A stretch of 64,000 nucleotides of DNA from Epithemia pelagica. Its lineage: Eukaryota; Protista; Bacillariophyta. This document shows, one piece after another, positions 57,101 to 64,000 of the stretch (position 1 is its first letter; each line of letters starts with the position of its first letter). Location: NCBI GenBank assembly GCA_946965045.2, contig OX337233.1, positions 3,472,001-3,536,000 on the forward strand, read 5' to 3'. The notes beneath the pieces were generated by a model. The model did no database searches and was not told where the DNA came from. It was given only the letters and a program-made list of their open reading frames with translations. Position numbers and translations under genes: made by a program.

Positions 57101-59234
57101 CGTCACGAGCTGTCGAGTTGATTGTTAAGCCAAGAAGTTGCATCTTGGTTCTCATTTCATCGCTCGTAAATGCTCCATCAGCAAGGATCATTCTCGGTCT
57201 AAGACCCCCCCTTCGATAAAGAGCAATGGTTTTGCGCAAGGAGAGGATGATCTTGTCGTCAGTGGTGCTTGCCAGTGCGTCGATTGTGCCAAAGTGAATC
57301 TTTCTGGAAGTTGTGACCAGAAATGGGACTCCGTTAACATGCAACACATCAATGGTTAAGGTGATGTCCTTGTGTTGTTCCTCAATCCGAGGAGGAACAG
57401 TGAATGCGGTGTCCACAAAAGGGGATTTCTTTCGCGTTGTTTTTCCTTTCAAGCTGCCAAGATCTGGTCCGTAGATCTTCTCGGCTCTTCTTACATCATC
57501 TGCATTGATAGTGACGTTTGGAAGCAAATTGTTCTTGATGATGTGGATGTAATCCTTTGTGGATGGCCGTCCTATCTTAGATAAAATGGTACGTGCCAAC
57601 TTGGCCCTATTGACTTCATCTTGAGAGTATCCTTCTTCGTTTTCACTAACGGTAGTTATGATTCTACTCTGAAGTTGCGAAGTGTCGAGATAAAATAGAC
57701 CATCATTGCTCGGATTAAATCGGTGTTTGAGACGTCCCGTGGCCCGGTCATGCAGGGTGAATGAATTGCCATGATCGCTGTCATACTTGATGTCAAAACG
57801 AACTTGTGCGCGAGTGAGTGAGATGATATTGGCTGGCCCATCAGGGTCATGCCACACTATGCCGTATCCTGGTAATAGACCCTTCATGGTGAGTTGTCGG
57901 CGTCCGGCGTGGCTTTGGACTGTGATAGGCTCTTCGGCCGTATGGATGTTTTTTAAGAGTGACTTGTCTTGGATGATATCTACTGTGGACTGATTGTCCA
58001 GCAGTAACCAATGGTCGGGTATGCTAGCCTGGGATCGAGAGGAAAAAACAAAACAAGGTGAGGATTCGGATTGGTCAGTAACACAAGAATCAACACAGTG
58101 CTCAGTCTGATGGAATTCGGTACCTTGACTGGCACCTTGGTGGGTATTGGACCGGTTTTGGGATGATGTTGTGGCATTGGTTTGTTCTGTTAAGGACGAG
58201 GCAGCTTGGCTGGCATCGGCTGTCATGTATGCAACACCGGTTGTCGAGTCAGACGGGGCCACTGACTGGTTGTTTTGTTTGTGTTTGTTGCTCATTCTGT
58301 TATCCAGGATGGCCCGCGCATTGGCAAGCGTCTTGGGATACAGATTATGTCCATCTAAGAACAGGTTCTGTAGATGAGCCTCATAATCGCGCTGTCCACA
58401 GGTACGTATGAAACGGATCGCCAAGCACCTTTCTTGTGCATCTGCATGATCCGTGGGGGATGGCGGGGATCGTTTGTTTGCTGCTGCTACTTGATGCAGA
58501 ATGTCTTTGTCATATAAGACAATCCCCGCTTCTTCAAGCACCTTCGCTTTCGCCCGAAAAACCTCATAGTAACTGTGTAAACTCTGATTGTTCTTACGCT
58601 TGAGCGCGTAAAATTCCTCCTTGAGCTTGTCACGCCCGACCAAGTTGTAGATTTGGCCGGAATCGAAGGTGAATGTGACTTGCTTGATTAATTTAAGCAA
58701 TTCGACTCCATCCCGTTTCTCTTTCAACTTGAGGAACTCGGGTTTGGCTTGCAGTTTATCTTTCATGAGGGGCGTACATTGTCCCAAAATAAGACTAAAG
58801 AGGGCAGCCCGAAAGTTTTTGTAGTCTCTGACTTGATCTTGTCGCGCCTTGTAGCGCATTTTCCATTCTTCTACCTCTATCGGATCGGAGTCATCTTTAG
58901 GACGAGTGGCTTCCTCGGGATCTTTAAGTTCCAGTGTCTCAATGGCCTGCTGGAACTCCATGTTATGACGGTCAAAGTTGGTACCAACATAGCCAACTAA
59001 CCATTCCACGTTTCGTCTTAGGTAACGTTTGGACTGGGGGTCTTCAGTATAATCGAAAATGCACTCTTTCAAAGATGGCTCTTGACCTTGAAACCTCGAC
59101 GAGTTGGATTGTTGGGAGGATTGCCATCCTCTGCCTCTTCCACCTCTTCCACCACGACCACCTTGTCTTTGCCCACTCGATGCCCTAGAACCAGTTTCGT
59201 CTGGCCGTGGGGTTGTGGATCCTTGTTGCGACAT
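54110..59234 (-). pseudogene. Copia gag-pol in three frames (shifts near 56445 and 55320)
   Basis: ORFs 56424-59261, 55315-56412 and 54110-55336. The gag ATG at 59234 is in a CCACCATG context. The final ORF ends inside the 3' LTR. Confidence 0.9.
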
Positions 59235-59239
59235 GGTGG

Positions 59240-59980
59240 TTACTCGATGAGGGCTATCCAATCGCGGTGACGACGGTGTTCTTCGTGTTTCTTCGAGATC
59301 GGATTCCAGATCTTGATGAAGTGATACACGGTACCGTGGCGACTGACCGTTCCTTGTAAATATGGCCTGGCTTCGGCTCCTTTCAGCTTTAAGGAGTTAA
59401 GAATCCAGACTCTTGTGCCTTTTGGTATCCAACGTGGATCACGGCCTCGCTGTGACGGAATGTTGGGGAAGATGGTTTCTGCTTCGATCTCTCCCTCTGC
59501 CGTCTCACGGATGACGTCTACCAAGGCCACTGGTTCTTGACTTTCAGTTGCACCTCTGTTGTCTTGCTCCACTTGATTGATCGTTGGTTCCGGATTGCTC
59601 GGGAAATCTGCCTCCACTTGATCGGGATATGTTGCGATGCAGGTACTTGCTCCCCTGGACTCGCGTTCCTCGGCACGCTTCAACTCCGCGAGAATTTCTT
59701 CCCGCTTTACTTGGGTATCTTCAAATATACGCTGCTTTCTCGTCTCACAATCAAAGTAATCGTTATCGCGTTCGGTCTCGCGATCACGCTCGAGCGCTGC
59801 CACAGCCTCGCGATGTTGTACTTCTTTGCGTCTATTTTCCGCTTGGTAGCGCAACTCTACTCCCCGCAGGAAATCCTGTTCCTCGATAGCGAGGGCTGCC
59901 AGTTGACCCAATAATGTGGAGACTTTGGGGTTTTCGACTCGCTCTTCACTCATGCAGTGTACTTCACAGGAAAACGTCAA
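59240..59980 (-). CDS. Extra 246-aa ORF between the 5' LTR and gag (coiled-coil plus a small beta-rich C-terminus)
   Basis: It is an intact ORF inside the element. Its TAA is followed by CCACC and then the gag ATG. Confidence 0.6.
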   Translation of the reverse strand: MTFSCEVHCMSEERVENPKVSTLLGQLAALAIEEQDFLRGVELRYQAENRRKEVQHREAVAALERDRETERDNDYFDCETRKQRIFEDTQVKREEILAELKRAEERESRGASTCIATYPDQVEADFPSNPEPTINQVEQDNRGATESQEPVALVDVIRETAEGEIEAETIFPNIPSQRGRDPRWIPKGTRVWILNSLKLKGAEARPYLQGTVSRHGTVYHFIKIWNPISKKHEEHRRHRDWIALIE

Positions 59981-60014
59981 GAAATGAGGTGTTCCTGTCC
60001 TGATGAATTAGATT

Positions 60015-60028
60015 TTCAATGGAGTTTA
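60015..60028 (-). promoter_or_regulatory. Primer-binding position complementary to the element's own LTR (candidate self-priming PBS)
   Basis: Element-sense TAAACTCCATTGAA directly after the 5' LTR pairs 14/14 with TTCAATGGAGTTTA at 60102-60089. There is no TGG tRNA-type PBS. Confidence 0.7.
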
Positions 60029-60783
60029 TGTTGTAACTCAAATAAACCGTGCCGTAAAAGCAACTCTTTATAGGCTTATTGATCTACGTAAACTCCATTG
60101 AATGAGCTCTTGCTCAGTTTCGTTGTCATAGCGTTGCTTTTGCCACGTCGCCTGACCACAGTCCAAAGATTCGCATCTTGTCCTTCTTCCTTGTCCTGTT
60201 TGGTCGCGCCTTGGTCCTCCATGACTACCGGTTGCTCGTCTATCCTCAACAGGGTGTGGAAGTTAAAACCGTATTTTTTGGAACTAATTTATATCCAATA
60301 AGTCTATTTCAAATAATACCATAAATTAAATACCTTCTTTAAGTTGCATTCTCAATAACTGTGATTAGACTTACTCGTCATAATTGTATATCTTAATATC
60401 AACAAATAGAATTCAAATTTAACGCATGTAATAATAGGCTTCCAAATTAACTTCAACTTATCTACCCCTGACATATATTCCATGCGAATGAACTTATTTT
60501 GGTTAATTGGTTCCACTATATTTCCAACTTAATTTCTTATGCATTGTAATACTAACAAATTAACTACGAATTAACACTGACTGCCTCATTTCCAACTTGA
60601 CACGAATTAAGTTGCAACTTTAAGGCCTAACTACCAGCAAAAAACATGCATTTCACCCATTGCGCGCCTCCTACTGTTGTGCATGTCCCTCGTCCCTTTC
60701 CTTACATCAAAGTATTTGAAAGCAAGAACAACCAACACTGCTGCACCTCCCTCGTATTACCTCCAACCCCAATTGGTTAGAAC

Positions 60784-62601
60784 ATGAATAGTCCCGACGA
60801 CTGTTCTATATTACTAATGGAATCTTCCTGTACACCCATTATCACGCTTCACCAATCTCCATCATCTTTCATTGAGTTCATACTGGAAAACGAAAGATAC
60901 TTTCTGACAGACTCGTTTCATTCAACATTGAGAAGTATTAAAGATCACGTTCTTCTGTGGCTGAGTCAAAACAATGGAGAGATATACTACTACAACAATG
61001 ATTTGGTTACTCACTGCAGCCATCCATGTTGTCTGCCGTACCAAATGGTTTTTTCGGACGCGATAAATGTCCTTTGCAAGCTGGTACACTGCGGGTTATA
61101 TCCCAACCAAGATATTCAATCCGGATCAGATGCTCCCTCTATTACATACAAGATGGAATCACAGCATAATGACACTCCGATTCTGATTCTACACGGGCAA
61201 TGCCTTCCTACATTCAAGATACACAACAATGCCGACTTATCATCCATAACTTCATGTTTCAACACCAATCCATCATTGCCTGTCCGTGACTGTTTTCTCC
61301 TTTGGATGTCTCGTCATAATGGCAGGGTCGCTGTTGCGGATGTTGATGACAAGGTGGTTTCATCACAATTTTACCCTACTTCTTTATCTCCCATCATCGT
61401 GGCCTTAGAAACGTTTCTCCCAAGTTTGATTAGACCACACGACAACGAGGCTGACCAAGTGTTAGAAGACACCATTACTACTTCCCCTGAACAACAGACA
61501 CGACAGAACAGAACTGAATCACCGACAGGAATTAGCCATGACCTTCCTTCGTCTCCTCCACCCAAACCCCATTCACCCAAGCCCAATTCTTTTCGCAGCC
61601 CAAGCAATATTCTTACGCGACAAGACAAGAGTATATTCTCTCAAGCCCTTCTAGATGCCTCCAAAGCAAGAGTCGCAATCGAATATGACAATCAATCTCG
61701 TCACATGCCTGGCACCCCAGCTATCACCAAAGAATTCTCACTGCCATCATTGCCAGCCAAATTCCGAAAACCAACACCACAGACAATCAAAGCGAGACAT
61801 TGTTTTATAAACAATTTGCGCAAATTGCACTCATACTTCCAATCAAAAGGTCTCCATGCACCGAGAGATACATGGGAGTCTTGGATCGACGACGCCATTG
61901 ATATGGAATATGAGTATGAGTTTGATCGAGGTTTCATGTGTTTGGTGGTTATTCTCATGAGTTCTAACACCTCTGATCAAATCTTATCAACGGTGGTACC
62001 TAGATTATTCCAGTCAGGGGTTATATCTGCTCCAGCAACCGTGGAAGTTGCCAAAATGTTTGGAATGAACGCGTTCTCAAGTCTGTTCTCAGAGAGTGGC
62101 CGGTTTTATCAATGTGCAGAACGCATCGTAAACGCGGCAGACTATTTCATTCAACGACACGATGGTCGCATACCATCTAACATTTCCTTGCAAGAACTTC
62201 TTACTCTCCCTGAAGTAGGATATAAAACGGCCGCAATCACCCTCGCGTACTCTTTTGGACGGGTTGAAGCAATCCCATCCGATGTGCATGTCATCAGATG
62301 CTGCCAATTACTTGGCTGGATCCCCAAATCCTGTAACGATGGAATGCTCTGTTCCCTATTCTTGGAATCTTGGTTAGTCAACGAAGTATGGGGCGAGATT
62401 AATCCTCTTTTCGGTGCCATTGGGCAAATTTTCAATGTGCCTGCATTGAAATTAGAGAGTTGCAGGATTCTGTCAGAGTATTCATCCAACTTTGATGGGA
62501 ACGACGTTGACTCAACAATATACAACACCGATGTTACACAGAAGCAAATGACCTACATGCATAATCAAGTCGTCACTATCATACGAGGCTATGGGAAGTG
62601 A
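60784..62601 (+). CDS. HhH-GPD DNA glycosylase (endonuclease III/Nth-like) with a long unknown N-terminus
   Basis: ILMSSNTSDQ, HhH LLTLPEVGYKTA (Lys retained), catalytic IPSDVHV and W.EINPLFGAIGQ are present. There is no C-terminal 4Fe-4S cysteine motif. Confidence 0.82.
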   Translation: MNSPDDCSILLMESSCTPIITLHQSPSSFIEFILENERYFLTDSFHSTLRSIKDHVLLWLSQNNGEIYYYNNDLVTHCSHPCCLPYQMVFSDAINVLCKLVHCGLYPNQDIQSGSDAPSITYKMESQHNDTPILILHGQCLPTFKIHNNADLSSITSCFNTNPSLPVRDCFLLWMSRHNGRVAVADVDDKVVSSQFYPTSLSPIIVALETFLPSLIRPHDNEADQVLEDTITTSPEQQTRQNRTESPTGISHDLPSSPPPKPHSPKPNSFRSPSNILTRQDKSIFSQALLDASKARVAIEYDNQSRHMPGTPAITKEFSLPSLPAKFRKPTPQTIKARHCFINNLRKLHSYFQSKGLHAPRDTWESWIDDAIDMEYEYEFDRGFMCLVVILMSSNTSDQILSTVVPRLFQSGVISAPATVEVAKMFGMNAFSSLFSESGRFYQCAERIVNAADYFIQRHDGRIPSNISLQELLTLPEVGYKTAAITLAYSFGRVEAIPSDVHVIRCCQLLGWIPKSCNDGMLCSLFLESWLVNEVWGEINPLFGAIGQIFNVPALKLESCRILSEYSSNFDGNDVDSTIYNTDVTQKQMTYMHNQVVTIIRGYGK

Positions 62602-62752
62602 CGATAAAAAGTTTCCTACTAATATTGTTTTTCTTACTTGCGACTACGTCTGTCCTAAATGGTTAGTATTCGATATTCTTCGATTTCTGTTTCTTGTTTT
62701 CTGTTTTTTCAGTTGATGCTTCTCGTGTACTCTGTCATTATACATTCGGTCT

Positions 62753-63994
62753 TCAATCCTTGTTCAATCGAGGTGATCGACGTGGTGAGTCGACTACATC
62801 ACCATTACCGTTTTGATCAGTACGAGCTGGAGTGGATTGCCCGACTGACTGGACTGACTGGGATATTGCCGTTGGAGCTGTCGTTGCGGCTGGAGCTGAA
62901 GCTGGAACTGGAGCAGTCGATGCCCCAGTGTCAATAGACCGCCTTGCTTCTGTGGTTGAAGTTTGTGGAGGTGTTTTGCCTGTTGCAGTGTGTTCTGCCA
63001 TTACCTGTTCAGGGGGCGCCTTCTTTGCTCCAAACCGCAAAGCCAACGATTGCTGTTTCATTTTACGTTTCTTCTGTGAAGAAAGGCCGGTTCTTTTGGT
63101 TTTACTTGTACTTCCCTTTCGCTTTTGGGAACTGGTCTGTACCTTTTTGGAAACTGATGCTGATTGCGAATGGAACGAAGAACTTTCCGTAACCTTACTT
63201 GCGTTTGCCAAACTCTGCTCACCTGTGACTGATTGCTCTCCAGTGGCACAAAGTCGGAGACTTTGCTGCAGTGCTTGAAGTTTCTGAAGTTCCGTTTTCC
63301 GTTCTTCCACAACTTCGACCATTCTCTCGTCCGAATCCTCATTATCTTTCTCTCCTTCAATCTTTCTGTTCAATGCTTCCATCTGTTCCCTATCAGTTTT
63401 ATCCTGTACCAAGTCAATCAGTTCCACATCATCCCATTCTTCTACCTTTTCCTCGTTGTTATCGCCCAGTTTCTTGAATTTGTACGTTTGCCCGGACACT
63501 CCATTCTCTAAAGCACTTCCTTGAACGACAAATCCTTGTAGGTCCGTTGTTCCGTCTAAAATCTTCTCGAGCCGTCCTAGCTCACCTTGTGTTGATGAAT
63601 CACTCACTTCCACTATTTCACGGGCAGTATCCATTACTTCGATAGCACCTTCATGTGTAGAACCATCCTCCACTCCTGTCACAGCAGCAGCAGCAGCAGC
63701 AGCAGCTCTACGACCTTTTGGTTTGGCTTTGGAAGTGGTTTTGCGTAACTCTGGTTTCACTTTGTTGTTAGACATGTCCTTTTCTCTTTCGCTTATTGTT
63801 TTCCGGATTGGACGACTTAGACTCTCGATGGTTCTCAATTCAAAAACCTTGTTGCCTTGTCGATTCATTAGTGGATTCCTGTCGAACCAAGAGCTGGTAG
63901 AAAAAACTCTCTCTTGATACGCATTCGTTGCTGGTTTCGAAATCCATATGATTGCACTAGGAAAAATCTTGGGAAACTGTGTGCGATTGGCCAT
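62753..63994 (-). CDS. Hypothetical low-complexity, charged protein (possibly an exon of a larger gene)
   Basis: 413-aa ORF, acidic/basic and S/T/A-rich, ending SPRRSPRLNKD. No recognised domain. Confidence 0.5.
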   Translation of the reverse strand: MANRTQFPKIFPSAIIWISKPATNAYQERVFSTSSWFDRNPLMNRQGNKVFELRTIESLSRPIRKTISEREKDMSNNKVKPELRKTTSKAKPKGRRAAAAAAAAVTGVEDGSTHEGAIEVMDTAREIVEVSDSSTQGELGRLEKILDGTTDLQGFVVQGSALENGVSGQTYKFKKLGDNNEEKVEEWDDVELIDLVQDKTDREQMEALNRKIEGEKDNEDSDERMVEVVEERKTELQKLQALQQSLRLCATGEQSVTGEQSLANASKVTESSSFHSQSASVSKKVQTSSQKRKGSTSKTKRTGLSSQKKRKMKQQSLALRFGAKKAPPEQVMAEHTATGKTPPQTSTTEARRSIDTGASTAPVPASAPAATTAPTAISQSVQSVGQSTPARTDQNGNGDVVDSPRRSPRLNKD

Positions 63995-64000
63995 CCACCA

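Larger units (their letters stand above)
54063..60251 (-). mobile_element. Ty1/Copia (CoDi-type) LTR retrotransposon, 223-bp LTRs, two frameshifts, no TSD
   Basis: LTRs 54063-54285 and 60029-60251 (TGTTG...CAACA) are identical by inspection. Domain order is gag-PR(LLDNQST)-IN(VERYIRTVKER)-RT(HIDD)-RH(WVDAS, DNQS). PPT-like AAAGGAGTG abuts the 3' LTR. The flanks CAAAC and GGGTG do not match. Confidence 0.95.

Noticed and set aside
1-64000. tRNA or rRNA genes
   Set aside because: No cloverleaf or rRNA-like sequence was recognised by eye. A tRNAscan/barrnap run would be needed to exclude them.

Overview
Eukaryotic nuclear DNA, most likely from a pennate diatom. This is inferred from a CoDi-type copia element, an Ambal-like LINE and the gene style; no database search was run. 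About two thirds of the window is mobile DNA. The elements are: a truncated Gypsy with a nested solo LTR (3988-7791); a 5.0-kb TA-duplicating DNA transposon inserted into a small TIR element (17560-22575); a decayed APE-RT-RNaseH LINE (about 29.0-37.3 kb, minus); a fully intact Gypsy with identical LTRs and a TSD (43608-49327); and a frameshifted Copia (54063-60251). Genes between the elements include four kelch-repeat paralogs, two SGNH-hydrolase fragments, a PD-(D/E)xK nuclease-plus-kinase (Crinkler-like) gene, a LURP/tubby-like gene, an intronless bacterial-type rimO with an organellar-like leader, an HhH-GPD glycosylase, and a spliced gene that runs off the left edge and is not in the ORF track. 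The three most notable observations are: (1) the Copia primer-binding position is a perfect 14-nt complement of its own LTR, the geometry of Tf1-style self-priming; (2) the DNA transposon combines Stowaway/mariner-like ends with a long-insertion DDE transposase, and its empty site is present in the same window; (3) the RimO appears to be of chlamydial type.
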